The notes beneath the pieces were generated by a model. The model was not told where the DNA came from. It searched no databases and saw only the letters and a list, made by a program, of their open reading frames with translations. Shown here in pieces: positions 54,178 to 64,000 of a DNA stretch of 64,000 bases. Source of the DNA: Trueperaceae bacterium (lineage in GTDB: Bacteria; Deinococcota; Deinococci; Deinococcales; Trueperaceae); assembly GCA_965215565.1 (NCBI GenBank), contig CBDCDZ010000004.1:1120001-1184000 (forward strand), written 5' to 3'. A program made the position numbers and the translations under genes. The number at the start of each line of letters is the position of its first letter. Position 1 is the stretch's first letter.

Positions 54178-54699
54178 TAGCAGGTTACTTCGTAAAGCTT
54201 CGCGCAATCATCTGGTCAGCTTGATCGAAGCCATTCCCGGTCACGCCGTTTTCGCACAGGTTACGGTTGAAAACCGTTCGCATAGGTTAGAGCAAAGCTC
54301 ACTAGGCTCTTAGCCTTCACCTCAGGTTAGAGCAAAGCTCACTAGGCTCTTAGCCTTCACCTCAGGTTAGAGCAAAGCTCACTAGGCTCTTAGCCTTCAC
54401 CTCAGGTTAGAGCAAAGCTCACTCACTAGGCTCTTAGCCTTCACCTGTTCAGCGATCACCTGTATGCGAAAGGGAAATTTCGTAAGCGGAGCAACACCAT
54501 CACTAAAGAGAACATCGTTTCCTTCCCTAAGGGAAACTTCGTAATCGGAAAACTTCGTCTGCTCGCTCACGCGGAGCAGCTTTCAGAAATGTAGCACGCA
54601 CTTGATTGTGATGAAGTTCCGTTACAGCAAAGCTGTGAAATCTGCGAAGAAGCGTTGCTTCGCATAACTACGTTCAAGCAACGATAAGTGGAACTGCTA
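54178..54699. mobile_element. Long TAGCAG-family element (copy F) carrying a nested repeat element
   Basis: Termini TAGCAGGT...GGAACTGCTA. Contains ATCATCTGGTC and TAGCACGCACTT blocks. Confidence 0.65.
54256..54463 (+). repeat. ACAGGT..ACCTGT element with four 40-bp tandem units
   Basis: Unit AGGTTAGAGCAAAGCTCACTAGGCTCTTAGCCTTCACCTC at 54284, 54324, 54364 and 54404 (the last has an extra CACT). Confidence 0.9.
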
Positions 54700-54913
54700 A
54701 AAGCTATACTTTCCCCTGTTTCAACCCTCGAGCGTATGCGTATTGGCTCAACCTATTCTCTAATCACTTTACCCAATCAGGTTTAATTGTGATTTCGGTG
54801 TGCTGAACGAGGGGTTGAAAACAGGGGGTTAAAACCCCTTGTTCACGCCGATAGAGCCACTGACAACACGCACCGTGAAGACCCATACGGCAAACTCGCT
54901 TAGACTGAGCAGC

Positions 54914-56137
54914 GTGACCTCGCAGCCGTCCCCCTCTCAACCCTTCTCATACCTCACTATCGCCGCGATCGGCGGCGGCTTCTTCGGGCTCACGGCGGTG
55001 TGGGCGCTCTACAACGCCTACATGCCGCTCCTTTTAGGCGCGCATATCGAAAGTCGCGCTTTACGCGGCGCGGTGATGGGTTTGGACAATGCGTTCGCGC
55101 TCCTGCTCATTCCAGTTGTTGGCGCGTGGTCTGACAGGGTGCGTAGCCCTCTGGGTCAGCGGTTGCCTTTCATCGTAGTGGGGATGCCCTTAGCGGCACT
55201 TTTCGTCGCGCTCTTGCCCTTCGCGCAGCGCACGCTCTGGCTGCTCATAGGCGCGGACGTGCTCTTTCTCCTCGCCATGACGTTCCTGCGTGCGCCCGTC
55301 ATCGCGCTCATGCCTGACCACACGCCGCCGGGAAAGCGCGCCTCGGCGAACGGCGTGATCAACCTCATGGGCGGCTTGGGCGGCGTCCTCGCGTTCTTCG
55401 CGCTCGCGCCGCTCTACGACGTACGGCAGGGTCTCCCCTTCTGGTGCGCGGGCGGCGTGCTGCTCGTCGCCTTTGCCACGCTCTGGCTGAGCGTCCAACG
55501 CCACCCGCCTTACGCCGCGCCGTCTGAGGAGGGAGATCATGCGCTCGTCGCTCTTCTACGTGGCGCGAAGGGGTTGCTGGGCGCGGAGCAGCGCGCGGCG
55601 GGGTTCACCTTGCTCGCGATTGCGCTCTACTTCGTCGGGTTTAGCGGGCTCGAGGCGCAGTTCAGCACCTACGCCACCGAAGGGCTCGGGCTCACGGGCG
55701 GGCGCGCGGGCGTCCTGCTCGGCGTCTTTAGCGCCGCGTTCGTGTTCTTCGCGCTGCCTGCTGGGTTCTTAGGCAACCGCTTCGGCAAGGCGCGGCTCAT
55801 GGTCACGGGGCTTCTTTTGCTCGCCTCCCTCTTCGCGCTTGCGCCCGTACTGACCTCGCTCTTCCCTACCCTCCTGCCCATCTTCCTCTTTGCCTCCGGG
55901 CTCGGCTGGGCGCTCGTCAACGTGAGCGCCTACGCGCGCGTCGCCGACTTAGGTGGGTCTACGCGCATCGGCTTCTTTACGGGCATGTACTACCTCTTCT
56001 CGATGGCGGGCGCGGTGTTGGGACCGGGGCTCATCGGTTTGGGGATGGACGCGCTCGGCGTAAGCGCGCTCTTCTGGGGCTCCGCGCTGACCTTTTTTTT
56101 AGCAGCGGGACTGCTCGCCTATGCTGGCTGGAGATGA
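54914..56137 (+). CDS. MFS transporter (sugar:cation symporter-like)
   Basis: VGAWSDRVRSPLGQRLPF and about 12 hydrophobic segments. Leaderless TAGACT-N7-GTG. Confidence 0.87.
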   Translation: MTSQPSPSQPFSYLTIAAIGGGFFGLTAVWALYNAYMPLLLGAHIESRALRGAVMGLDNAFALLLIPVVGAWSDRVRSPLGQRLPFIVVGMPLAALFVALLPFAQRTLWLLIGADVLFLLAMTFLRAPVIALMPDHTPPGKRASANGVINLMGGLGGVLAFFALAPLYDVRQGLPFWCAGGVLLVAFATLWLSVQRHPPYAAPSEEGDHALVALLRGAKGLLGAEQRAAGFTLLAIALYFVGFSGLEAQFSTYATEGLGLTGGRAGVLLGVFSAAFVFFALPAGFLGNRFGKARLMVTGLLLLASLFALAPVLTSLFPTLLPIFLFASGLGWALVNVSAYARVADLGGSTRIGFFTGMYYLFSMAGAVLGPGLIGLGMDALGVSALFWGSALTFFLAAGLLAYAGWR

Positions 56138-56211
56138 CGCCTGCGTGAATGTAGGTAGGGAGAAGGCGGAACGAAGAATAAGGGCGAACTCTTCTGCACT
56201 CTGCTCGTTAT

Positions 56212-56379
56212 ACTCATGTCTTGCACTTATTCACCATCCGCATAAATCCACACTTGTAGGGCAATTAGCTTTTAGCCGTTAGCCTTTGATCTTAGCTAAT
56301 ACCTAATCGCTAAAAGCTAACAGCTTCCTTTGAGAAACCGCGTTTAGAACGGCGTTATGTATTTTTGCAAGACATGAGT
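56212..56379. mobile_element. 168-bp MITE-like element with perfect 14-bp terminal inverted repeats
   Basis: ACTCATGTCTTGCA ... TGCAAGACATGAGT. Confidence 0.7.
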
Positions 56380-56670
56380 TGTACGAATTTCAGGTGAATC
56401 CATTACAAATGCATTTGTATCCCTGCGTTACTCACCGGAATCCGCAGCTATTTATTCTCGCAGGAGAGTCCTCAACCGCTGGCGGGAGCGGTCCATCTCA
56501 CGGCTAGCGGGAGCGCGCCACGCGCGACAGGCAAGCCGGTCCACGCGGCGTCGCTTCGCAACACTTCGCGCAAACACGCCATTGTGGACGTCCGCTGCAT
56601 TGAATGTTCTTGACACTTTTACAGGGTAAAGCGCGTGGTATCCTCGAAATCCAAGGAGGCAACACAGATT

Positions 56671-57858
56671 ATGTCGCGAAATTTAAGGCGTTATGGCTTG
56701 ATCCTGCTCGGGGTCTTCACCCTCTTTTTAGTCGCGTGTAGCGAGGAGATGACGGACACCCCGCGCGTGCCCGACCTAATGGAAGAGGTGTGGACCGAGT
56801 TTCCGGGCAACACCGAGACCGCGTGCGCGGACGGCTCCGACTACAGCTACTTCGTCCATCCGGGCACCGAGAACAAGCTCGTAATCGACTTTCAGGGGGG
56901 CGGCGCGTGCTGGGACGACGGCACCTGCTCGCTGCCCATCGACGAACCAGGCAGTTTTGGCGTCTACAACAGCCGCGTGTTCGGCGAACCCGCACCTCTA
57001 GGTCTCTACGACAAAACCAACCCCGACAACCCCGTCGGCGACTGGTACCACGCCTATATCCCCTACTGCACGGCGGACATTCACATCGGCGACAGCACGC
57101 AGACCTACACGAATCCGAACAACGGCGCAGAGATTGCCGTGCAGCACAAGGGGCAAGCCAACGCGCAGGCAGTTTTAGACTGGGTATTCGAGGAATTCGG
57201 AGCGCCCGAGACCATCTTTGTAACGGGTTGCAGCGCGGGCGCGTACGGCTCTATCGCCTATACGCCGCAGATTCGAGAGCAGTATCCTAACGCTGACGTC
57301 GTCCAGATGGGCGACTGCGGCGCGGGCGTCACCCCGGAGGTCTTCTTTGAGGGCGAGGACGGCGTCAGCCGCTGGAATACCGAGAGCGTGCTCGCTGAGC
57401 TTATCCCCCAACTTGACCTGAGCGGCGGTTTGGATGCAACCTTCCTCACGAACATCTATGAGACGGTAGGAGAAACCTACCCTGAGAGCACCCTCTCGCA
57501 GTATAACTCCGCTTTTGACGGCATTCAGATTTACTTCTACGCGCTGCAGCAGGGCGCGTCCTTTCAGCCGAGCGCGGAGGAACTGCAGAGGGCGGCGCAG
57601 GAGTGGACGGCGGGGCTTGACACGTCGCTCAGCACCATAGACGAAGCCACGGACAACTTCTACTTCTACACCTCGCTGCTCGACGACAACGATGACCCTA
57701 ACGACGGCACGACGCACTGCATCATCGAAAGGCCTGAGTTCTACACATATGAACTGAACGGCGTACCCTTCGTTTCGTGGGTGGATGACCTCGTGAACGG
57801 GCGCACAGACGAGTTGGAGAACGTTTCGCCATCTACGGCAGCGGCTATATTGGAATAG
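56671..57858 (+). CDS. Pectinacetylesterase-family lipoprotein
   Basis: SD AAGGAGG, LVAC lipobox, CADGS, FQGGGACW, PYCTAD and GCSAG. Confidence 0.85.
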   Translation: MSRNLRRYGLILLGVFTLFLVACSEEMTDTPRVPDLMEEVWTEFPGNTETACADGSDYSYFVHPGTENKLVIDFQGGGACWDDGTCSLPIDEPGSFGVYNSRVFGEPAPLGLYDKTNPDNPVGDWYHAYIPYCTADIHIGDSTQTYTNPNNGAEIAVQHKGQANAQAVLDWVFEEFGAPETIFVTGCSAGAYGSIAYTPQIREQYPNADVVQMGDCGAGVTPEVFFEGEDGVSRWNTESVLAELIPQLDLSGGLDATFLTNIYETVGETYPESTLSQYNSAFDGIQIYFYALQQGASFQPSAEELQRAAQEWTAGLDTSLSTIDEATDNFYFYTSLLDDNDDPNDGTTHCIIERPEFYTYELNGVPFVSWVDDLVNGRTDELENVSPSTAAAILE

Positions 57859-58044
57859 TAAGCACAAGTGCAGAGAGGGGCTCGAGTCTGACTCGAGTCC
57901 CTTCTTCGTAGCGTCTTATGGGTTTTCCGGTAGTGGTTTTATGCCGAATGTCGCCGTGTACTCCTTGTGCTACCAAGGGGTTGAAGCCCCTTGTTGGACA
58001 GCCGCGTCGTTCCAGATGGAGCTACTACCCAGGTTTCTATAGCG

Positions 58045-58743
58045 TCAGGCTGACACGTCCAAATCCGTCAGCCAGAGCAGCCGCTCCTGAGCGCTCACTG
58101 CCTGCGCGGGGTAGCGCGCGACGTCGCTCTCGCCGTGCAGCGTCGCTCTAAGCGCGTCGCGCTTCCCCTCGCCCTGCACCAAAAACGCCACCGTGCGGCT
58201 GCCGCTGAGTAGAGGCGCGGTGAGACTGAGCCGCGTACTCTTCCCTTCGGGCTTGACGGTGGTGGTCCAGCCTTTCTCGTGCACCGCCCCTGTCCCCGGA
58301 AAGAGGCTCGCTGTGTGCGCGTCGCCGCCCAACCCCAAAAAGGTCAGATCGAAGTGCGGCGCGTCGCCCAAGACCTCACCGATGATGGCGGCGTAGGAAT
58401 GCGCTGAGCGCTCCGGCTCGTCCGCTAGGTAGGGCCACGGGTGAACCTGCCCGTCCGGTATCGGCACGTGCCGGACGAGGTGTTCTTTCGCTGCGCCGAA
58501 GTTGCTGTCGTCGTGGTCGTGGGGCACGAAGCGCTCGTCGCCCCAGAAGAGCCGCGTTTGCGTCCAGAAGGGGGCGTCGCGGTACCCCTCGACGAGGTGG
58601 GCGTACATCTCCTTCGGCGTGCTCCCCCCTGAGAGCGCGACGAAAAAGCTCCCGCGCGCTTCGATGCTCCGCTGCGCCGTCTCTACAAAAAGCTGCGCTC
58701 CTGCTGCGCCGACATCTTCAACTGTCCGAACCTCTCGCTGCAT
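58045..58743 (-). CDS. pgl: 6-phosphogluconolactonase
   Basis: LSGGSTP, GDERFV and DAHTASLFP. Confidence 0.93.
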   Translation of the reverse strand: MQREVRTVEDVGAAGAQLFVETAQRSIEARGSFFVALSGGSTPKEMYAHLVEGYRDAPFWTQTRLFWGDERFVPHDHDDSNFGAAKEHLVRHVPIPDGQVHPWPYLADEPERSAHSYAAIIGEVLGDAPHFDLTFLGLGGDAHTASLFPGTGAVHEKGWTTTVKPEGKSTRLSLTAPLLSGSRTVAFLVQGEGKRDALRATLHGESDVARYPAQAVSAQERLLWLTDLDVSA

Positions 58744-59236
58744 CGTCATCTCCTTTGTTGTCGTCTTGTTTAAGGTCGCGAATCAAGAAGAGTGTAAGCG
58801 CTAAGAGGGCGATTGCGCCAGCGTAGATGAGCAAATCGAGCGACTCTTTGAATTCAATCTGCGTTAAGTACTCGAAAAAGCGGATGATAAACACGAGAAT
58901 GATCGCCTTGCCCAAGCGGTTCTTGAGCCCTTCCAAGTCACCTACTTTCAAAGTTGAGCCGAGCGTTTTATCGTCGGCGGGCTCGATGCGGTCGATGAAG
59001 AGTTCGTACAGCCCCAGCGCGACGATAATCACGATGGCAGCGAGCAACCCCGAATCTACCGCTTTAAGAATTTCGGAGATCGAGTCTTCGGGTTTGGTCT
59101 TGTAAAACGCCGCGACGACGTCCATAACAGTGCGGTAGCACAGAAAGCCTGCGCCGACGATAAGCGCTAATACGGGCGCGAGGAGCAGCCAACGCACCTG
59201 TATCAAAATCCATTCAAAAACACGTCCGGGTCTCAT
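58718..59236 (-). CDS. YqhA (UPF0114)-family membrane protein
   Basis: ALGLYELFI..LEGLKNRL motif and four hydrophobic segments. Confidence 0.8.
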   Translation of the reverse strand: MRPGRVFEWILIQVRWLLLAPVLALIVGAGFLCYRTVMDVVAAFYKTKPEDSISEILKAVDSGLLAAIVIIVALGLYELFIDRIEPADDKTLGSTLKVGDLEGLKNRLGKAIILVFIIRFFEYLTQIEFKESLDLLIYAGAIALLALTLFLIRDLKQDDNKGDDDAARGSDS

Positions 59237-59301
59237 GAGGCAGTTTAGGGGCTAGCCCTCCCCGACACTGCGCGGTAGCGCTAAGTTGGTAAGCTAAGCG
59301 C

Positions 59302-59880
59302 ATGACTCCATCCAGAGAAGAGGCTTACGCCCTCATGACCGAGTGGACGAAGTCCGAATCGCTGCGCAAACACATGCTCGCTGTCGAGAGCGCGACGAGC
59401 GCCTACGCCCGCGCGTTCGGCGAGGACGAGGAGCTGTGGCGCGTCGCCGCGCTTTTACACGATTTTGATTACGAAAAACACCCTGAGCCGAATGAGGCGG
59501 GACATCCTTACGTCGGCGTGCGTTACCTTGAAGAGCAGGGCTACCCCGACGTCGTCACGAGCGCTATCATGGGTCACGCAGACTACACGGGCGTTTCGCG
59601 CGACACGCGCCTCGCCAAAACCCTCTACGCCTGCGACGAGGTCACGGGGCTCATCACCGCCGCCGCGCTCGTGCGCCCTGACAAGGACGTCCGCAACCAG
59701 ACACTCAAGAGCCTCAAGAAGAAATTTAAGGATAGAGCTTTTGCTAGAGGCGTCAACCGTGAGGACGTAGAGCGCGGCGCGCGGGAGTTGGGCGTCGAAC
59801 TGTGGGAGCACGTCGCGTTCGTGCTCGCCGCGATGCAGCGCGACGCCGAGGTGCTGGCGCTTGACGGGCGTCTGGCTTAG
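59302..59880 (+). CDS. HD-domain (HDIG-like) phosphohydrolase
   Basis: LRKHM, LLHDFDYE and FKDRAFARGVNR. Confidence 0.87.
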   Translation: MTPSREEAYALMTEWTKSESLRKHMLAVESATSAYARAFGEDEELWRVAALLHDFDYEKHPEPNEAGHPYVGVRYLEEQGYPDVVTSAIMGHADYTGVSRDTRLAKTLYACDEVTGLITAAALVRPDKDVRNQTLKSLKKKFKDRAFARGVNREDVERGARELGVELWEHVAFVLAAMQRDAEVLALDGRLA

Positions 59881-59889
59881 GGTGCTGCC

Positions 59890-60858
59890 TCAAACTGCCA
59901 ACACCCTTGCGATCTCATAGAGCTGCCAGTCGATCTCCTTTTGCTTCTCCCAAGTGTCTTTGAGGGGAACATAGACCGTGCCGCGCCGATCGGTGCCCAC
60001 CATCACGTCGCTCTGTCCCTCTAGAAGTCCTTTGACCGCGCCGTACCCCAAGCGAGACGCCAGCACGCGGTCACGGGTTGCGGGCGTGCCGCCGCGCTGC
60101 ACGTGACCCAGGATGCTCGTGCGGACCTCGTAGCCACACGCCGCCTCGATGCGCCCTTTGAGGTCCATCGCGCCGCCCGGATACGCGCCCTCAGCGACGA
60201 CAATGATAGACGAGGACTTTCCTCTCGCCTGAGCCGCCGCGATGTCCGTAACGATTCTGTCCACGTCCCCTTCGACTTCGGGTACTAAAATCGCCTCCGC
60301 GCCGCCCGCTAAGCCCACGTTTAGGGCGATATGCCCAGCGTGCCGCCCCATCACCTCGACTAAGAAGAGTCGGTCGTGGCTCGCCGCCGTGTCGCGCAGC
60401 CTGTCGATGGCGTCTAGCGCGATGTTCATAGCGGTGTTAAAGCCCACCGTCACGTCCGTACCGTAGATGTCATTGTCAATTGTGCCGGGAATGCCGACTA
60501 CCGGGACCCCGTGCTCCTCATGCAGCGCGTGCGCCCCGCGAAAGGAGCCGTCGCCGCCGATGACGATGAGCCCGTCAATCCCATGCGAGCGCAGATTTTT
60601 GGCGGCTTGCTCGCGCCCCTCATGTGTCATGAAGGGCATACACCGAGCGCTACGCAGCATCGTGCCGCCGCGCTGGATAATGTTCGCGACGCTGCGCGGA
60701 CCGAGTTCTTCGATCTTGTTATCGATCAGACCCTGATAGCCCCGGTAAATCCCCGAGACGTGCTTTTTTTCGTAAATCGCGGTGCGCACGACCGCGCGAA
60801 TCGCCGCGTTCATGCCGGGCGCGTCGCCGCCACTAGTTAAAACTGCTAAATGCTCCAT
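59890..60858 (-). CDS. pfkA: ATP-dependent 6-phosphofructokinase
   Basis: TSGGDAPGMN, GGDGS, TIDND and EVMGR. Leaderless TATACT-N7-ATG. Confidence 0.96.
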   Translation of the reverse strand: MEHLAVLTSGGDAPGMNAAIRAVVRTAIYEKKHVSGIYRGYQGLIDNKIEELGPRSVANIIQRGGTMLRSARCMPFMTHEGREQAAKNLRSHGIDGLIVIGGDGSFRGAHALHEEHGVPVVGIPGTIDNDIYGTDVTVGFNTAMNIALDAIDRLRDTAASHDRLFLVEVMGRHAGHIALNVGLAGGAEAILVPEVEGDVDRIVTDIAAAQARGKSSSIIVVAEGAYPGGAMDLKGRIEAACGYEVRTSILGHVQRGGTPATRDRVLASRLGYGAVKGLLEGQSDVMVGTDRRGTVYVPLKDTWEKQKEIDWQLYEIARVLAV

Positions 60859-61126
60859 GAGGGGGAGTATAACGCCGAGGTGCGGGGACGATGTCATGAG
60901 GTTGCTTACGGTTGGAGGAGCAGAGGCGTTCGGGTTGAGCACTAGGGCCCAGGCGACGCTTCCGCTGTCGGCAGTTCGCTTTTAGCCATTAGCCAAAGCC
61001 TTTCAGCCAAGAGCTAATCGCTCAAGGCTATTCTAGAAGTACACGGTTCAATCCCGAGTATACTCATACTATGTCAATGAAAAAAGTTACTCGAGCCCTC
61101 CCCAACTTCACCCAAAAGGAAGCGTA

Positions 61127-62389
61127 ATGCGCGTCGCCGTCCTTAAAGAGCCCGACACCGAAACCCGCATCCCGCTGACGCCCAAGAGCGCCGAAAAGCT
61201 CGTCAAGTTAGGCGCAGAGGTCGCGGTGGAAAAGGGTTTGGGCGAAAGTATCGGCGTCCGAGACAGCGCTTACGAAGAGGTCGGCGCGAAGGTGGACAGC
61301 CGCTACAACCTAGAGAGCGCCGACGTCATCCTCCAACTCAACGTGCCTAAACCTAAAGAGGTCGAAAAGTTGAAGCGCGGCGCGATCCTCGCCTCCTTGA
61401 TGGACCCCTTTCGCAACCCAGCACTCGTTAAAACGCTCAAAGAAAAAGAAATTAGCGCGCTGTGCATGGAACTCATCCCGCGCAGCACCTACGCGCAGAA
61501 GATGGACGCTTTATCCTCACAGGCCAGTCTGGCGGGCTACGCCGCCGTCATCACCGCCGCCGAGCGCATCCAAAAGGCGCTCCCGATGATGAGCACGCCC
61601 GCCGGGACGATTGCGCCCGCGCGGGTGTTCGTCATCGGCGTGGGCGTGGCGGGGCTCCAAGCGATTGCCACGGCGAAGCGTCTGGGCGCACGGGTCGAGG
61701 CGTTCGACACGCGCCCGTCAGTGGAGGAGCAGGTGCAGTCGCTCGGGGCGAAGTTCGTGAAGATTGACCTAGGAGAAACGGGGCAGACGGACCAAGGATA
61801 CGCCAAAGAACTCACCGACGAGCAGCTCAAGAAACAGCGCCAGGGCATGGCAAAGGTCTGCGCGAACTCGGACATCGTCATCACCACTGCCCAACTCTTC
61901 GGACGCCCCGCCCCGCGCATCGTTACGGGCGATATGGTGAAAGGGATGCGCCCCGGCAGCGTCATCGTGGACTTAGCGGCGTCCACAGGCGGCAACGTCG
62001 AGGGATCGAAGCCGGACGAAGAGGTCGAAGTGAACGGCGTGAAAATCATCGGGCTCTCCAACCTGCCCGGCTCGGTGGCGCGGGATGCGTCGCAGATGTA
62101 CGCAAGCAACCTCGCCAACCTCATCGACCATTTATGGAACAAGGAGAGTAAAGAGGTCGAACTCAACCTGGATGACCCCATCGTCAGCGGCTGCTTGCTC
62201 ACACACCGGGGCAAGATTTTGCACGAGGGCGTGCGCGCGCTGCTCGAGGGGAAAGCGGAGAAGCCGGAGGCAAACGAGGGGCAAGCCGTTGGCAAAGAGC
62301 CCATCCAGAACTCGGCGGAGCAAACGCCTGAAAAGTCCCCCGTCACCTCTTCAACCTCTTCAGACACACCCACGAAAGGCCCATCATGA
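61127..62389 (+). CDS. pntAA: NAD(P) transhydrogenase alpha subunit, part 1
   Basis: MDALSSQA, GVGVAGLQAIATAKRLGA and GYAKE. Confidence 0.93.
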   Translation: MRVAVLKEPDTETRIPLTPKSAEKLVKLGAEVAVEKGLGESIGVRDSAYEEVGAKVDSRYNLESADVILQLNVPKPKEVEKLKRGAILASLMDPFRNPALVKTLKEKEISALCMELIPRSTYAQKMDALSSQASLAGYAAVITAAERIQKALPMMSTPAGTIAPARVFVIGVGVAGLQAIATAKRLGARVEAFDTRPSVEEQVQSLGAKFVKIDLGETGQTDQGYAKELTDEQLKKQRQGMAKVCANSDIVITTAQLFGRPAPRIVTGDMVKGMRPGSVIVDLAASTGGNVEGSKPDEEVEVNGVKIIGLSNLPGSVARDASQMYASNLANLIDHLWNKESKEVELNLDDPIVSGCLLTHRGKILHEGVRALLEGKAEKPEANEGQAVGKEPIQNSAEQTPEKSPVTSSTSSDTPTKGPS

Positions 62390-62685
62390 GCGCAGAACTC
62401 ACCCTCTTACTCCTCTTTATCTTCGTCTTGTCCATCTTTTTAGGGCGCGAACTCATCACCAAAGTCCCCTCGCAACTCCATACCCCACTGATGTCGGGCT
62501 CGAACGCGATATCGGGCATCACCATCGTGGGAGCCATTATCGCGGCGGGCGTGGGCGGCGTGTTCGGCACGATTTTGGGGACACTCGCGGTGATTTTCGC
62601 AACCATCAACGTGGTCGGCGGCTACCTCGTCACGGATCGGATGCTCGGCATGTTTAGAAAAGGCGTCAAGAAGGGTGAACGCTAG
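62386..62685 (+). CDS. pntAB: NAD(P) transhydrogenase alpha subunit, part 2
   Basis: LHTPLMSGSNAISG and VTDRMLGMF. Confidence 0.93.
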   Translation: MSAELTLLLLFIFVLSIFLGRELITKVPSQLHTPLMSGSNAISGITIVGAIIAAGVGGVFGTILGTLAVIFATINVVGGYLVTDRMLGMFRKGVKKGER

Positions 62686-64000
62686 TGGACTCCGCGATTG
62701 ACATCGCTTATATCGTCGCCGCCATCCTCTTTATCTACGGGCTTAAAATGCTGGGAAGACCCGAGACGGCGCGGCGCGGCAACCTCGTCTCGGCGGTGGG
62801 GATGCTCGTTGCGGTGGTCGCTACGCTGCTCGTCGGCGGGCTCTCGTTCACCTGGGTTATCGTCGGGCTCGTGATCGGCACGGCGGTAGGCGTCTACGCC
62901 GCTCGCACCGTCCAGATGACCGAGATGCCCGAGATGGTCGCGCTTTTCAACGGCTCGGGGGGTATCGCGAGTCTGCTGGTCGGCTGGGCGGAGTATCACC
63001 GGCGCTTCGTGGAAGCCTCGGGCGGGCTCGATCCCTTCACAGCGGCGGTCACGTTCTTAGCAGTGCTCATCGGCGGAGTCGCCTTTACGGGCTCGCTGAT
63101 TGCGTTTGGCAAGCTCGCGGGGCGCATTCCAGGTCAGCCCATCAAATACGCGAACCAAAACCTCTACAACGCGGGGCTCTTCGGGCTGGTTGTGGTGCTA
63201 GGCGTCCTCTTCTGCTTGACGCCCGCAACGGGGCTAGGCTACCTCTTGCTGGTCTTAGCCATCCTCGCGTCGCTCGCCCTGGGTGTGCTCATCGTCATCC
63301 CCATCGGCGGGGCGGATATGCCCATTGTCGTGGCGCTCCTCAACTCGTACTCCGGGATTGCCGCGAGCATGGCGGGTTTTATTATCGCAAACAATGTGCT
63401 CATCGTCGCTGGGTCGCTCGTCGGCGCGAGCGGGCTCATCCTCACGAGCATCATGTGTAAAGCGATGAACCGCTCGCTTAGCAACGTGCTCTTCGCGGGC
63501 TACGAAAACGCGGGCGAGGGCGGCGCAAGCTCACAAGTCGAGGGCGAAGCGAAACCGATTTCGCCGGACGATGCGTATTTTATGCTCGAGGCCGCCAGCA
63601 GCATCCTCGTCGTCCCCGGCTACGGCATGGCGGTGGCGCAGGCGCAGCACGCGGTGCGCGAGTTGGCAGAACTCTTGGAGGCGAACGGCGCAGAGGTGCG
63701 CTACGCCATCCACCCCGTCGCGGGGCGGATGCCCGGTCACATGAACGTCCTCCTAGCCGAGGCGAACGTCCCGTATGAAAAGCTCGTCGAACCCGAAGAC
63801 GTGAACCCGACGATGGAGACCATAGATGTGGCGATGGTCATCGGCGCGAACGACGTGGTGAACCCCGCCGCGCGGGAGGACTCGGGCAGCCCCCTCTACG
63901 GAATGCCGATTATCAACGTGGACTTGGCGCAAAACGTCTTTATCTTAAAGCGTTCGATGAGCCCCGGCTTTTCGGGTGTGGAGAACCCGCTCTTTTACAA
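62685..64000 (+). CDS. pntB: NAD(P) transhydrogenase beta subunit (runs off the window)
   Basis: Hand translation from the GTG at 62685: MDSAIDIAYIVAAILFIYGLK..ARRGN; later IGGADMP, GYGMAVAQAQH and HPVAGRMPGHMN. Confidence 0.93.
   Translation, partial: MDSAIDIAYIVAAILFIYGLKMLGRPETARRGNLVSAVGMLVAVVATLLVGGLSFTWVIVGLVIGTAVGVYAARTVQMTEMPEMVALFNGSGGIASLLVGWAEYHRRFVEASGGLDPFTAAVTFLAVLIGGVAFTGSLIAFGKLAGRIPGQPIKYANQNLYNAGLFGLVVVLGVLFCLTPATGLGYLLLVLAILASLALGVLIVIPIGGADMPIVVALLNSYSGIAASMAGFIIANNVLIVAGSLVGASGLILTSIMCKAMNRSLSNVLFAGYENAGEGGASSQVEGEAKPISPDDAYFMLEAASSILVVPGYGMAVAQAQHAVRELAELLEANGAEVRYAIHPVAGRMPGHMNVLLAEANVPYEKLVEPEDVNPTMETIDVAMVIGANDVVNPAAREDSGSPLYGMPIINVDLAQNVFILKRSMSPGFSGVENPLFY

Noticed and set aside
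54284..54447. 40-bp repeats as a CRISPR array
   Set aside because: Units are head-to-tail with no unique spacers, and there are no cas genes in the window.
61537..62373. Long antisense ORFs (also 57175-57867, 26683-27285 and many shorter ones)
   Set aside because: These are shadow frames of well-supported genes in GC-rich DNA.

Overview
GC-rich bacterial chromosome segment, most likely Deinococcota (Trueperaceae-like). This is an inference from the many leaderless TANNNT-N5-7-start promoters, the DnaE intein, the pilin N-termini and the cru-type carotenoid genes. Left to right: (1) an XPB/Rad25-like helicase plus DUF790 (Bax1-like) nuclease pair; (2) a ~16 kb ADP-heptose/glycosyltransferase cluster (hldE, gmhB, GT4-GmhA fusion, five GT9, GT2, two more GT4, SDR, CdaR-type regulator, beta-PGM-like HAD); (3) two tandem type IV pilins; (4) an AT-richer array of five toxin-antitoxin modules plus one relic, each delimited by a copy of a ~100-bp repeat (hairpin/terminator + extended -10 + leaderless start), with no integrase in view, which is the most striking feature; (5) tRNA-Val(GAC) and tRNA-Cys(GCA); (6) a CI/Cro-like switch followed by a truncated MuA-like ORF and preceded by a candidate TGT transposon end; (7) dnaE with a 432-aa LAGLIDADG intein; (8) two paralogous lipoproteins, one fused to an M28 peptidase; (9) adenine deaminase; (10) a TetR/acyl-CoA ligase/hydrolase/Liv-type ABC/SCP2 operon divergent from a PHB-depolymerase-family lipoprotein; (11) a carotenoid glycoside-ester cluster; (12) MFS, pectinacetylesterase-family lipoprotein, pgl, pfkA and pntAA-AB-B. 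Intergenic DNA carries several MITE/REP-like families, one of which interrupts the start of livG. CTCGAG looks over-represented. All calls were made by eye, without database searches.
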